In this document: positions 22,941-37,628 of the stretch, one piece after another | Layout of the letters: each line of letters starts with the position of its first letter | Position numbering within the stretch: position 1 is the first letter of the stretch | Assembly: GCA_012295275.1 (NCBI GenBank) | Contig: CM022676.1 | Location: forward strand, 15,748,001-15,812,000 | Source: Chrysomallon squamiferum | Lineage: Eukaryota > Animalia > Mollusca | Reading direction: 5' to 3' | Length of the DNA: 64,000 nucleotides | Notes under the pieces: model-generated | Told to the model about the DNA's origin: nothing | The model's database searches: none | Seen by the model: the letters and a program-made list of their open reading frames with translations, nothing else | Made by a program: the position numbers and the translations under genes

Positions 22941-23967
22941 ATTCAATGCTGCTTATTGCCTATGCTTAGGAACTATTCTGTGCAGTAATTTTCACTCTTT
23001 TTTGCACTTTTGTTTTAATGTTTCAAAGAAAATAACAACTAATGTTAATTGTAATCCTACAGTTTATGTGAATAAATTCATTGTCATTGTTGTTACTGTG
23101 ATGTTGCTTTGCTGAGATCTGGTTTTATAAAGATATATATCACTTTTAAGCTGAAGGTATCAATACATCTTGCATCCATTTTCTGAAACGATCACGTAAA
23201 CACATTTTGCGATCGGACAACTGACTTCTGTTCTTTTCGTCATATTATACATTTTTAAAATAAATCGTCTGACAAACTGTATGAATAGCTCTTTAAATGC
23301 ATTGTTTTACAGTTGTGATTAGAGTTTGACAATAAATACACCTCCTTTAAATTTGTGTATAAACCAAATTAATAGAAATGAATATGATAACTGACTGCAC
23401 ATAATTATATGAGTAACAAAGATTACAATTAACAAACCAACTTAAGTAGAGGTCCGAGACTAGAGAAAACACAATAGTACAATAGTACGAGAAAAGTATT
23501 GTAGATAGCGAAACCAATTTGACCCTAGTTTTCAAACAGGTCATGCTTGTTTTTTTCTGTATTTTGTATTTGATTTTTTTGTTTGTTTGTGTTTTTCTGG
23601 CTGCGTTGGTTTCATGTGCTGTACAGTATCAGATAATTGAAAGAAACATAATTCAAGTAATAAACCACATTTAAAACAAATTTCCCCAACGACGTTTTGT
23701 TACGAAAAGCAAAACATATATATTTAATTAACTCTTTTCATTAAAAACAATCAATAATAGTGAATAATTGTTATATAATTTCATTTCCTGCAAATAGATG
23801 GGTTTTTCCAGTGTTTAACCTATCTATGTCTGTACGTATATGTGCATATGTAGGAATGAATGAACGTATCTACAACACCGATATATATATGTATATATGT
23901 ATATATGTAAGTATGTGTGTGTGTGTGTTTCGAAGTTTTAAGTAAACACACTTATAAAAAATATATT

Positions 23968-24050
23968 TTAATATTTAGGTCCGTTATTGTCGACTCCAAA
24001 TACTTCATATGGATGCTGTTCAGATGACCCACTTCGTTATACGTTGTTAC
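23968..24050 (-). pseudogene. Inverted dead copy of the last exon of the Ig/FN3 receptor, with 3' UTR homology extending to about 23600
   Basis: Reverse complement reads tttctgtgtag|GT AAC AAC GTA TAA CGA AGT GGG TCA TCT GAA CAG CAT CCA TAT GAA GTA TTT GGA...TAA. Same 83-nt length as 44317-44399, with GAA->TAA at 24037-24039. Confidence 0.9.
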
Positions 24051-26777
24051 CTACACAGAAATATACATCATTTTATGTCATTACTATTTCAAAATATTTT
24101 TTTAAGTCTTGTATGACATTTATGTTTTGTACAAACAAATAAGTTAGATTTTGACATGTTATCTAACTGATGACAGTAATTTATAATATCTATGTGATGC
24201 TAGAGCCCAGAGCAAGAATGTTTAAAATGTCACTTAATTATTAGCCACATAACACAAAACAGACGAAAATACGTTTATAGTCTTATTATTTGTTGTCATA
24301 ACAAAATACAATCAAAATAATACTCAGTCATGAACATCATAACATATTTCTTTTCGTTACTTATAACAACAGTTCTGTAATCTCATTTGTCACATTAACT
24401 TGCCTTTAGCAGCAATATGTCCTAAGCATTTCCACAACAGTCAAATTCACAAAGTTTACTCCGCTTCTTATCTCAGCTGTGCTTCTGGCATTGCTATCGT
24501 CTTCAAGTCGGTGGTATTTAAATATTACGTTACTTAGCGGACGTCAAAGAAATCAACTAAACACTGACTTACATCCGAACTAGTTGCTGTATTAAATCAC
24601 TGGTCAAAACCAGTCTATATAATGTTATTCCATTAATTTAGTATAATCAGTTATACATTACACAGAAACGTGTATGCTATATTTGTCTACATAATAATCT
24701 AAGACATCATTTAAAAAAAGATTTTAAGGTAGCAAAGAGAGAAATTAGGAAGAAATAACCTACCTCACTTTATTAGTAATAATATGAAAATAAAATAAAT
24801 AAACAAGACAATAACTGAACATTTTCGTCACTGTATGATGAACTATGTAGGTGAGTGCAACACTTTCAATCAAGATATAACTATAACATATCACTAGATA
24901 AATATCTTTAACACATAAACACAAAACATATAAGTATAGAACCAGAATGTACGACAAAAAAATCAAGTTTTAGCAGTAGAACATATAATGATTTGCAATG
25001 TTATATATTTAAATTTTATTTAAAGTCGGAGTTATATAATTAAGTAGAGTTTTATCTTTCTTTCAGCTTTTATTTGTTACTATTTTCATCATAATCGTCA
25101 TCTTTCTAGTTATTTATTTATTTATTTATTTAATTATTTCTTTATTATTATCGTTTGAGTTTCAGACGATAAGTTACATAAATAGTATTTCGATATAAAC
25201 GTGTAAACATATTTTTGATATTAAACAAATTATTGTTTCAAAATATATATGGATTTATCTGGTAGACCGTTTCTCGCATTATCGCTTTCAAACACATAAT
25301 AACATTCAGCTACAAATTTGTCAAGATTACAAATATCTTCTCTTTTGTCTTACAATATTAAACCAGTTTTAACAGCAAGTTTAACATCAGAGTTCTAATT
25401 TTACATAAGACACGAACATTCGCTTGAACACTGCTCTTCTCTAGAGCGATTGTTTTTCAGGAACTTCCCTTTTTAGCGACGTATGTTAAAGCGTTTTACT
25501 GACATGAGTTATATCGTACAGAAAGCGGAAAGTAATGGATAATTACAACATACTTGATAATGAAGTGTGCTGTTCTAGAAAATTCCAGATTTTTTTACAC
25601 TTTTATCTTGTGCTTAGTGCTCCAAAGTAAGCGCTTAAAAACTCATCAGTATAGCGATGATCGCTACAGAATATGAGAACCCGTTTGACAAAGCCCTATA
25701 AGCATTTTCTAATTTCGATACATTCTTAATTAATACAATTTATAATGAATACGCTTTGACAACGTTTCACGTTTTCCATATTTGTAGATATCGATCATGT
25801 AATGTTATGGATACTGTTTGAAGTAACCATTTAATATTACCAAATCATTTAAAATATTTTTCACAAATCTGTTCCAAAGATAAAGACAACATGCATTAAA
25901 TAATATACTTATGAGGAAATCTTGTTTTGATAATATTAAAGTTTATATATTGTTATATTAGTTTTATTTTATTTACAAATTTGTCTTCTTGTTATGCAAC
26001 TTACAATTTACTTACAGATAATTTTAAAATGCTGTTCCCCTCTCCCCCTACCTCCGAATACTTCAGTATACTGGTCTTAGTTGTTTGACCATTAAATATA
26101 TTGTAAAGCGTCTGTTTGTTTGTTATGTAGGCCAGATACAATTCTTGTGTCACTGATACAGGAGACACACTAAGGTATACTGGGTGTTATTTACGAGGAT
26201 CAGTCCTTAAACATGATCTACTGTTACTGTAGGTTAGATCACGACAGGCTAGTCTAAACTGTAACATGAGCTTTACCACTGATAGAATATCTTTGACACA
26301 AGAAGGGATAGGATTATACTAAAAATAAAATTCATTGAGTATATAATTGTTAAGACATGTTGATAACATTGATTCACACTGCTCTGTTTTACTGATAAAT
26401 GGTTGCGTATTGTTCTCACCAGTTGTGCTATTCTAATTAATATATCTAATAATACAATACTTTGATGCTCGATGAATCAACTAGTTTTAAGTGTTTTGTA
26501 CTAGAGACACTAAATATATTTATTTAACAAATTCTGAATTCGCTGAAGAATTTATCGAAATTGGTTGAATCGGTTCAGATGTTCATAACAGAATATTCTG
26601 TAATTGAACATACGAATATGTAAATCGTTGTTCAGAGAATCGTGCGCACACACACACACAGACACACGAACAGAAAAAAAACACACAATCACATTTAGAA
26701 ACTTTCACATAAGTACCTAGGGATATTTTAGCTTGCCTTTCTGAAGTTTACATAATGATAAACAAGTTTGAATAAAT

Positions 26778-27072
26778 ATAGATAGATAAATAGAGAGATA
26801 GATAAATAGACAGACAGAAAGACAGAGAGACAGTCAGACAGACAGACAGGTAGACATAGATATATAGATATTCAGACAGTCAGACAGACAGACAGGTTGA
26901 CATAGATGGATATTCACACAGTCAGACAGACAGACAGGTAGACATAGATAGATAGATATTCAGACAGTCAGACAGACAGACAGGTTGACATAGATGGATA
27001 TTCACACAGTCAGACAGACAGACAGGTAGACATAGATAGATATTCAGGCAGACAGACAGACAAGTAGATATA
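26778..27072. repeat. Compound (ACAG)/(ATAG) higher-order repeat; paralog at 49530-49830
   Basis: Units of about 32-36 bp, cagtcagacagacagacaggtagacatagatagatatt. Confidence 0.85.
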
Positions 27073-27189
27073 CTACAACAAAAAAGGTTTTCTTCACTGT
27101 TCGTGATAATAATACTTTTTTTTCTTTATTTCATCAGTGTGATACGTTCCACTTCAGCTACTAGTAACAAACAGGTGTACGATTACCAA

Positions 27190-27260
27190 ATAAACTGCGT
27201 CAGTCAACATGCAATGTATATAAAGCTAGCAATAAGCATCTGAATTAAAGTAGTAGTGTT
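27190..27260 (+). promoter_or_regulatory. Core promoter of SRCR gene A (CRE/AP-1-like TGCGTCA plus TATA)
   Basis: aaactgcgtcagtcaacatgcaatgtaTATAAAg about 80 nt before ATG 27301; the motif is conserved in several paralogous cassettes. Confidence 0.55.
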
Positions 27261-27300
27261 TGATGGAGACAGACTGATGTAGACAGTTCTTAATTAAGAA

Positions 27301-28141
27301 ATGTATTTTTTTCCGTGCATCTGGATTTATTCATTTGTTATACCTACGGTTATTTCAGGTATGTCATATTATTGTTTATATATATATAGTTAATAAGTGT
27401 GAAATACCGAATAATAATACTAATAAAATTACATACACAAAGTAAATTATCGATTAACTCTGAGGTCATCCGACAAACGTAAACCTTTATATTTGTTCTA
27501 AAAGAACAAATCGCACTAATATTCTAAAAATATATTTTTGTTTGAATTTATTAACTATGTCATTTTTCTGTATTGTTGTTCATTTCATCTGGTATGTAAG
27601 ATGGTATTGATATAATGATTTCTCTTCTTTGAATATTTGTTTAATATTATTTGCCTACGAATTTTGATATTTTGGACAGAACTGGGCGTAACTGCCACTT
27701 TTTTCAAACCCTGATATCTTTTTAATTAGCGCTTCAATTTTGATGAAACTATTTCACTGAAAAATTACTTTGGTAAGAATCCTTAATAGCTGCAAGTAAA
27801 TTTTGAAATAGTTTCACGTTTTGTTTGATCTTGAATCTGACGTAAATTCGAAATGACCTTAAATCAAAATTAAATTCTGAGATGTCACCTAGAACATATA
27901 AAAACAATTTGTAATGAAAGACTGTCTCAGTACCAGTAGTAAACTATTGCTGCCTGATCTGAACAACAAACTTTCACTTGTTAAAAAATGTAGACACGTA
28001 GACATTTATAAATTAGTCTGAAATATAATATCATCCACTTCTCTGAGAATTGTTCGATTGTATTTATAAACGAGGGAGTTGAAGAACTGAAACCATATTT
28101 TAGACTCAGAATAACTGTTATTATCCAATATTGTATCAATA

Positions 28142-28197
<56 letters not shown>

Positions 28198-31100
28198 GTT
28201 GTTATTAATGTTATTGTTATAGTTGTTGTGTTGTTGTTATCATTGTTATTGTTACTGAGTAGTTACTATTATTTATCTTCTAACGAATTTTGATAAACGT
28301 ATGTGATGTGGTATTTTCCTATTTATTTCTTCACTTATGCGCATTGATTACGAACTGTTCAGATCGTCGTAAATAACAGCCGGAGATACTTGTGTGTTTC
28401 GTGTATCAGTGACACAGCATTTTTATCTGACCTACATGAAAATCCGCTCATTTGTTCCCTTTAATTTTACGCTCGTCATGTGAATATCGTCCGAGCACTA
28501 CAGCACGTGTATGACAACATTTGAAAAACGAAACCAAAATTTTAAAATTATTTTTACACATGCCGTAAGATTCTGAAACATTAAATAAGAGAAACATATC
28601 TATATATAGAATCAGCATCGAAACCTTTAAGTACTCAACAGACTCTTTCTCCGTAAAATGTAATAAAACACTTAAAATACAACTTTTGTTCACTTATTAA
28701 GTAAACTTCAAAAATCTTTTACACAACAACACACCTGTGCTAGTTGTTTAGCAGGAAAAAATAGTTCACACAGTTAAAGAAGCAACAGTTATTTCTAAAA
28801 AATTAATCTCTTTATCACTAAATTCTGTTCTGATTACTGATTCGTTAAATAAAATATTCAGAAAAAAATGTACGTTTTTGAAGAAGAGAACTTCGACGTA
28901 AATAGGTTTCAACTTGTGGAAGAAATTAAATATTTTTGAAAAATGGAATAAACACATCAGTCTGTATTATTCTTTAAGTAACTATAGGCTTAACCACTGT
29001 TGTATCAGTACTTATTTAAACCTTTCAGTACATCATCATCATCGCCATCATAATCATCATCATCATCGTAATTACGATATTTCTGTATATAGTGTTTTCT
29101 TTCTCACGAAACTGCACTATTCTAACTCACTGATCGTCTATAAATATTATTAGAAAATACACTGCATTACTTCAAACAAAACAAGTATTACTAGAAAATA
29201 TAGAAGATAAATTTGAACAAAACAAGTACCATTAGAAAATATAGAGGATGACTTTAAACAAAAACGTATGATTAGGAAACATACAGGATAACTTTGAACA
29301 AATATATATTGTTAGAAAATAACAAGGATAAGGTTATACAAAAACGTATTATTAGAAAATATACAGGGCAATTTTAAACAAAAATGTATTATTAGAATAC
29401 AGAGTGAAACTTTATACAAAAACATATCATTAGGAGTATATACAGGATAACTTTAAACAAAAAGGTAATATTCGAAAATACATGTGATAAATATATTGTT
29501 GGAAAATAGAAAGGAAAACGTTAAACAAAACCCGAATTGTTAGAAAATATATAGGATAACTTTAACCAAGAATGTAGTATTAAAGAACACACAGGGTAAC
29601 TTTTAACAAAAACTTATTATTAGACATGTACAGTGAAACTTTATACTGAAAAGTATTATTAGGAATATATACATGTTTAGTTGCCTAATGCAATTCTTGG
29701 GTTTAGTTCCTATGGGATAAGTCCTGAATTTATTTTCTCCTTGATAATCGCTGTGAAATTTTCCTCTAGGATAATCCTTTGTTTCAATTAACGGACACTG
29801 AACTCACCTTTATGGTCACTAGGCAGAGGATCAGAATCATGATCACTGATATCTTTGAACTTACGTTTTACTTTGTTACCACGTGATCTTGAAATGACCT
29901 CACACTACAAAAGTTGCAGAATCTATAGACTTTTGAGTTCAGTAGTAAAATATACGTAATAGAGACGTGCTCACAACAAACTTTCCATTTTTACGCTTTT
30001 TAGTGATTTAATATACACACCTGTCATGAGGTTACACTACTGTTGGTTCCAGCTTATGTTATTGTATTTCATTGTTATATTACGGCTAAAATATAATGTG
30101 GTGAATTTAAAATTACATTCTTAATTTACGTGGGGAATTTGATCTGGAATGAAACTCTGTCATATTTTATTACATTCTTTGTTGCTTACTCTTGAGATTA
30201 TCATGTCTACTCCTCTAACTTCACCTTCCTTACTGGTTTATGTAAATGCACATTAAATTACACCGCCGTAGAACAAGACAAAAAAATGTCATATACAACC
30301 AAACAAATATGATGTGATACCGAAGAACTGTGATTTAGAAGATAAATCACAAGCAAAAGATTTTGGTCAACAAGAAAAATTGATCCAGCAATAGTAGTGT
30401 AGAACCTCATTTTGCTGTCGAACTTATTATTATTACTTTTGTAGTGTTCATAATTGATGTTTGTGACATACATGTGTGTATATATATATATATATTGAGA
30501 ATCTGCTGGATGATATGGTCTAACGCTTTAGCAATTTGTGTTAGGATACTAAATCCAAGATGGCCGCCGTATAATCTATATTCCTCATAATCTGATAGAA
30601 CAGTACGATATGATGAAAAATCGTTTTTATTTGTTTTAGAAATCGTAATTAGCTACACCATATGGTGAAGTCCCTGTGAAAAAGATATATAAAATCAAAC
30701 TTTGAGAAGGTGCAATAACTACTTTGGCTCTTTCGTCCCGCGTTTTTTTCTTTTTTCTTTTTTGGTGCGAATATGAACCGGCAAGAAGGAAATCTGTTTC
30801 TGGAAAAAATAGGACTTTTCGAGACAGAACGTGGCTGCAGAACCCGTGATTACCTTCGATCTAAACAGAAGACTGGAGAATCGCTGAAACTTTTCTCATA
30901 AGTAATAAGGGTTTGGCTCTGAGATTTAGTAATATATTATTGTCATTTCTCAGTCAATTTTCTCATTAAACAGGTTTCAACTAAATGATTCTGTATTTTA
31001 ATAGGTTTCGTAACAATTTCGTTTGGTTATTTTTTTTTTTTTTTTACTATAAATGTATTTCGGAGGTAATATATCTCTTTCTTCTGTTTGTTACTGTGCT

Positions 31101-32639
31101 ATTTATTTAACAGTTGAAGGTGGCATTATCAGTGATAGTATTAGTTGTTAGAATATCGTTTTATTTATTTTTCTTTTCTTCAATTATTATTATTACTATT
31201 ATTATTATTATTTTATTTTCTAATTTTGGTTCAGTGTGCGCTTTTCTATGATAGTGTTTAAGTTGTATATATATATAAAGTTTGACATGTGGAAGTAACT
31301 AAACTATGCTTTAGATTCTGAATGATTGATATTTTCTATTATTATTGTTAGTAGTAGTAGTAGCAGCAGTAGTAGTAGTATCAGCGTTATTATTTTGCTA
31401 TCATCCTCTTTATTACACCTATTGTTACTGAAGAGTTACTGTAATGTACGTTCTGACAATATAGACAAATGCAAACCATATTTTGCCTATGTCTACACTT
31501 ATGCGCAGACAGTGCATTAACAATGAACTATTCAGAGCGTCGTAAATAAAATCCGGTAATACCTTTCTTGTCTCGTCATACACTATTTTTAGTCTGATCT
31601 ATATAACAAACTAACACACTCTTGCTAAACTGGTTACGCGAGTGTGATTTGAGCATTGTGTATTAGGAGGTTAGATCAGTTTCAGTCGAATGACTATTTT
31701 TTATGGCTTACGTAACAATTTAGTTTGGCTTATTTTGCCGTGTGTAATTACAATTGTATTTCGGAAAAAAAAAAAAAAAAAAAAAACAAAAAAAACTGAT
31801 AAACGAATCGACTTTTACGTTTTTCCTGTCTTATATTTGTAATGGATAAAAATAGGTCATATATATTACTGTTGTTGTTGTTGTTATCGTTGTCGTTGTT
31901 ACTTTTGGTAGGTTTTCCAAGTAATTTATTATTATTTTTTTTTTTAAATGTGGTGGTATAACGTTTGTGATATGTTATATTTTGTTGTTTCTCGCTAAAG
32001 TGGAAAAATACTTTCTATTAATTGTGAGTTATCCGTTGTAACTGCGTGTATTTGACATGTCCAGCAGAGCGGAATGTTTGACTGATTCAGAAAAGATTCG
32101 AAAAACCAGTTTGTAATAAACTGTTGGTAAACATCGAGCAGACCTACTTTGGCGTGTGATTTACAATTTCAGTTTATAGCAGAGACGTGAAGTTATACTT
32201 TAACAGTATGATACAAATATAAGAACGTTTTCTTCCAGGCTGCTTGGTCATTAAGAAATGTATAATAAAACTCCAAGAATGAAAAACACAATAATACAAA
32301 TAAACACGTAGAATTTGTAGGTAGCGCGTAGATCACACACTGAAGTTTTTCCCCTTTTGCACTCCATTCATCGATAAAATTATTCCTTGCACTTATAAAT
32401 TATAATATATAATAATTTAAAAAAAAAAAAAAAAAAAAAAAAGAATAAAATAAATAATAATTAAAATAAGGAAGTAGAATTTGCTGGTTGAAGAATAATC
32501 GCGTAGATTACACACCAAAGATTTTCTTGCGTTTCTAGCAGATGTTGGCTGAAAACACTGATAAACTTATTAACGTTTTGAGCTCAGTTAATCGATACAT
32601 TATAAATATATAATAAAAAACCAAGAATAAATAAACAAA

Positions 32640-32691
<52 letters not shown>

Positions 32692-35006
32692 CTTAAAAAA
32701 AACGTGAATAATTTGTTTCGATTTATAAGACTAGATTATTATTATTATTATTATTATTATTTGATTTTCACGATCAACGAAGGGAAACCTGATTTGCTAT
32801 TTAATTTTCTGAAATACTCTCCACCTTTGCCTCTTTTCATGATTTCAATTTCCTATGAATATAATTCTTTGAATATGAATGCCAAATGCATTTTACTGCT
32901 GTTCAGAGCTGTCTAATAATAACGGAAGAAGAAGAAGAAGAAGAAGAAGAAGAAGAAGAAGAAGAAGAAGAAGAAAAAGAAGAAGAAGAAGAAGAGGAAG
33001 TTCAAGATAACATTCAACTATAATGTTTATGATTTAAACTTGCTATGAATTTAATTCACGAAATTTGAATATGTAATGTATTTCACTGCTGTTTCTATAA
33101 ACGATGTTCGGTCCCGTCTATTAATAACTGAAGAAGATGAAGAAAACATCGCTGAAATAATTAAATGTATCTAATTACATTTATTATTTTTTCTTCATTT
33201 TTGTTATAGTGTATTGTTGTTGTCGTTGTCTTTCTAGTTATTATTATTATTATTATTATTCAGCAGTTGCTATAATTTATCTTGAATGTTGATAAACGTA
33301 AATGTTTTCTACTTTCCTATTTATTTCTCCTCTTAAGCGCAGGTATTGTATTAACAATACATTTTTCAGATAATAGTTAGTAAGATCCGGGTATACCTCT
33401 GTGTATTTCGTGCAGCAGTCACAGACTATTTTTATTTGACATAAATAAGCAGCAAATACGTACTTGCTATGTTGGTTATGCGGGTATCGTTTCAGCATCA
33501 TTACAAATCTGAAAAACGAAAATAACGTTATGAAATCATCTCTACATAAGCTGTAACGTTCTGTACATGAAAAAGACAAAAAATAATAAATAAATAAATA
33601 AATAATAAAAAGTAAAACAAAGACAAATAACATTAACCTAAAACAGTCCTATGTATATAGAGAATCATCGAAACCGGAATGTACGAAACGGACTATTTTC
33701 CTCCGAGAAATATCATAAAACTTCTCTCCAGTCAGTGTTTCACAAGTATAAACCATTATTATTCGTTTAGCTTGGACGAACAGTCGCTACATTTTAACAT
33801 AATTAATGTCTGTGAGTCAACCCTATTATTAAGTGTGAATCAAATCTAATCATTAACTTTTGTCTGTTTGTTCGTTGATGGATTGCAAAATAGTTGTATA
33901 TATAATCCGACAATGTGCGCAGTTGGTTTAAGTTAGCTATCCGATTACAAAATACCTGTATTATATGTTTACGCTGCGAGAAATAATTGATACAATTTTA
34001 TATGTTTTTTTTTTTTTTCACGTCTGTGTGACTTATTAGTGTCTCTTTGCCAGACTTATTTTTAGGTGTAATTTTGTTTTCTGTGTAGTGAATTATATAT
34101 AATATTCACAAAACACTTCTTTTATATGCCCATTTAAAGTAGAATGTCTGATACATTTTATATTATGTAAGGTATGATATTACAGTAACATTTATTGAGC
34201 TATAGTGTATATTATGTTTATAAACTCATTTTCTAACGGTTCTTCAATGTTTAGCTAATTAGTGTCAGAAAATGGGGGCAACTACGCATCATAATGATTA
34301 AGATTATGATGATGATGATTATTATTAGTAGTAGTAGTATCGTCACGATCATTACCATTATTATATCATAGTATTTATTGATTATCGTACCACAGTATCT
34401 TTGAAAGCAGTGCTCCACTAGCAGCTTCTGACAGTTATTACATTTTCTGACTTTAAATTTATTATTATTATTTTCGATCAGACCATTGTCGCAAAACGCC
34501 TGTATATCAGAACTTATTATTTATTTGATAATTTCATTTATTAATCCCAAAATAAAGTTGTATTATCTCATACTATTGACCATAGCGATTGTAAAAGAAG
34601 GAGAGTACTACTTAACTGTTAAAAAGTCATATGTCTGTGCACGGGTGTATCTGTATATAATTTCAGATTTTCAGTACATTAATATGAGAAGTATTGGTTG
34701 CCGATATTTATGGCAACACTAGAGATAGAGCGACATCTTTAACTTACCCAACTTTACGTTTATTACCGAGTATCTGTTACATAATTTTCTTTACACAGGA
34801 AATATCATATGTAAGTACATGTTTGTTCGTTATTTTTTTTCCTGTTGGTTTTTATTAAATAAAACTAACTATTGTTAGTTACAGATCATATATAAAATGT
34901 TATTATTTCAGTACCAGTACGGTTAGTGAATGGAAGAGGAATACCAACACAAGGTCGAGTTGAGATTCAAGTAAACGGGACGTGGGGAACAATCTGTGAT
35001 GATGGT
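27301..35006 (+). CDS. SRCR-domain protein A (5' part: leader exon, microexon, first half of SRCR), truncated by the assembly gap
   Basis: Exon 27301-27358 [20 protein letters not shown]|GTATGT (phase 1); microexon 34799-34810 (GNII-L); exon 34912 to >35006 [30 protein letters not shown], the canonical SRCR start. The SRCR exon is secure; its link to the leader is inferred from phase. Confidence 0.7.
29150..29675. repeat. Degenerate minisatellite, unit about 40 bp
   Basis: Consensus about ttagaaaatatacaggataactttaaacaaaaacgtatta, around 13 diverged copies. Confidence 0.8.
34912..35006 (+). CDS. SRCR domain exon (N-terminal half), cut by the gap
   Basis: ttcag|TA CCA GTA CGG TTA GTG AAT GGA...GRVEI...WGTICDD. 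Confidence 0.92.
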
Positions 35007-35206
35007 NNNNNNNNNNNNNNNNNNNNNNNNNNNNNNNNNNNNNNNNNNNNNNNNNNNNNNNNNNNNNNNNNNNNNNNNNNNNNNNNNNNNNNNNNNNNNN
35101 NNNNNNNNNNNNNNNNNNNNNNNNNNNNNNNNNNNNNNNNNNNNNNNNNNNNNNNNNNNNNNNNNNNNNNNNNNNNNNNNNNNNNNNNNNNNNNNNNNNN
35201 NNNNNN
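35007..35206. other. Assembly/scaffold gap (200 N)
   Basis: Run of exactly 200 N; the true size is unknown. Confidence 0.99.
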
Positions 35207-35213
35207 AATACAG

Positions 35214-35253
<40 letters not shown>

Positions 35254-35788
35254 GAGACACACTCAGACACAAATATTCGGAGACACACACAAAGACACAA
35301 ATACAGACACACACAACGACACACATACAGACACACACTTATATTAGGTACTCCAAGCGAAATTTTCTCTGACAAAGTCTATTTGAGAATATGTTATGTT
35401 AAGTGTTCAACGCATATTCACACGAACAATAGCAAGTACTTTATAACCTGTTTCCTTTCTGAAACAATGCAGCTTGTTGAAATACATAAGTAGACTGACT
35501 TCCTCGTTCAAGGAAAGCTTTGCTGAAATTTCACTGGCTGCTCTAATATGAACACTGCAGATTACATCAGGAAGAACATTTGACACGTTAGTTTTTAAAT
35601 AGTTCATAATTTCTTTTTCTGACTGAATCGATTTTATAGTTATTGTTATTTCTATTTCTAGTGACGTTTGTATTATTATTATTATTATTGTTGTTGTTAT
35701 TGTTGTTATGGTTGTTATTTTTATTATGATTATTGTTATTATTTATATTATTATTATTAGTTTAGTGTTATTATTATTACTATTATTT

Positions 35789-35831
<43 letters not shown>

Positions 35832-35878
35832 AATTATTATTATTGTTATTTCAGATTTCCCAATGGAGTAATTCAAAC

Positions 35879-35945
35879 ATGCGGACAGACGTTTTTATTT
35901 TCTGTATTTTTCCTATAAGTTTTCTCATTCTGCACTCGAGTACTG
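35879..35945 (+). CDS. Receptor exon: signal peptide
   Basis: MRTDVFIFCIFPISFLILHSST-G|GTAAGT; an acceptor at 35854 implies an upstream non-coding exon. Confidence 0.8.
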
Positions 35946-37590
35946 GTAAGTTGAATCTAAACTAATTCCATGTAGTTGTTCTTCTTTTCTTCTTCTTCTG
36001 AAGCAAAAAGTTTTAGAAAATGTAGTTTTGTGTTAGTGTCAGTAGTAGTGGTCATTGTAATAGTAATAGAATAAGGGAGTGTAGTAGTCGTAATAGTAAC
36101 AATAGTTAAAGTAACAGCAGTAATAGTTATACAGTTATGCTGTTACTGGTAATCATACAACTAGCGCTAGTAACACAAGTAGCAACAGCTGCAACTGTAG
36201 TAGTTGTAGTAAATGTGGAATATCTAAAACTAATAATTAAAATCACAATAATGGCTATAACAGTGGTAAAAGAAGTAGTAGTAGTGATAGTAGTAATAGT
36301 AATAGTGGTAGTACTGGTAATAGTAGTAGTTGTAGTATTATTAGAAATAGACGTAGTAGCTGTAGTAGTACTAGTAGCTGTAGTAGTGGTAGTAATAGAG
36401 TAGAAGAAGTGATAGAAGCAAAGGAAGAAGAAGAAGAAAAAGACGTGGTAGTAGCAGTAGTAATTATAGAAGTAAATATAGAATAAACCACTGATAATGA
36501 TTTTATCAGAAATAACAGTGGAGGTTATAGTAGCAGAAGAACTGGTTTTAGTGTCTGGGTGAATACTATGTATTAGGAGGAGTATCATTAGTACTAGTAG
36601 TAGAAAAGGAGTAATAGTAAAAATAGTAGCATAATCAGCAGTGCTAGTAGTAGTACTCATAGAGGTAGTAATAATAATAATTAGTAGTGATAGAAGTATT
36701 ACTAATCGCATTGGTAGTAATAGTAGTTGTAGTAACTGTAGTATCATTATCAATCTAATACAGCTACGATTAGCGATAATAACAACTATAGTGACTAAAC
36801 TAAATCTGAGAAGTTTTATTACAACAAAACCAACTCATTTAATTAATTAATTGCAAATACAAATGAATGTTTTTTTTTCTATCAGTTCTAGGAGTAAAGT
36901 ATGGATTACTGAACGTGATACCTGTACTAAAAGGTGAACTGATGTTTATGATGTGTCGTGCACGCGAGTCACAGAATCTGAATTCTGATTTTGGGTTTGT
37001 ACATAAAACACAAACTCATAACACTACAGTGTGTGACTGTGTACAGAGAGGAGACACGTGTAACTGTAACAGTATACAAAGTTACATTTGTAGATGTGCA
37101 GCACACACAAACAAAGCTAGCAGCGAGTACAAAGACTACACAGTTTACAAGCATCACACAACTGACAGGGAGACTGGAGTCTGGTTTTGTGGATCTGATC
37201 AACTTGATGTGTGGAGTGAACCAGAAATTTCAGTTATTTGTAAGAAAATATTTATCATTACTGGAAAAAAACAAACAAAAAAAACAACAACAAACAAACA
37301 ACAGCATCAAAAACAAAATAACAATTACTCACATAGAGAAGAATATGCACACAAAACAATAATTTAAGTAATATTATCTTACAGTTATAAAAAAGAACAA
37401 CAACATTTGCTACATACATCTGTATGTACGTACACAAACAACACTTTTGTTATTGCTTTTCTTATTATTATTCTTATTACTATTTTGTTACTGTTCTTAT
37501 TGCTATTAGTATTGCTGTTGGCGTTTCGTTGTCGTTGTTATTACTGTTAGCTTAGTAGTTGTTGGAGGTGTTATTATTATTAATATTATG

Positions 37591-37628
<38 letters not shown>

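Larger units (their letters stand above)
24110..28755 (+). repeat. Segmental duplication, copy A
   Basis: Colinear and highly similar to 45168-51540 apart from copy-specific inserts. Confidence 0.92.

Noticed and set aside
36127-36850. Hydrophobic or Thr-rich ORFs resembling mucin or membrane proteins (also 3885-5396)
   Set aside because: Degenerate (TAG/TAA)n trinucleotide repeats in intronic or intergenic DNA with no splice or domain support
34912-36886. Joining the SRCR exon to the Ig/FN3 receptor as one gene
   Set aside because: They are separated by a gap of unknown size, and the receptor has its own ATG signal-peptide exon at 35879
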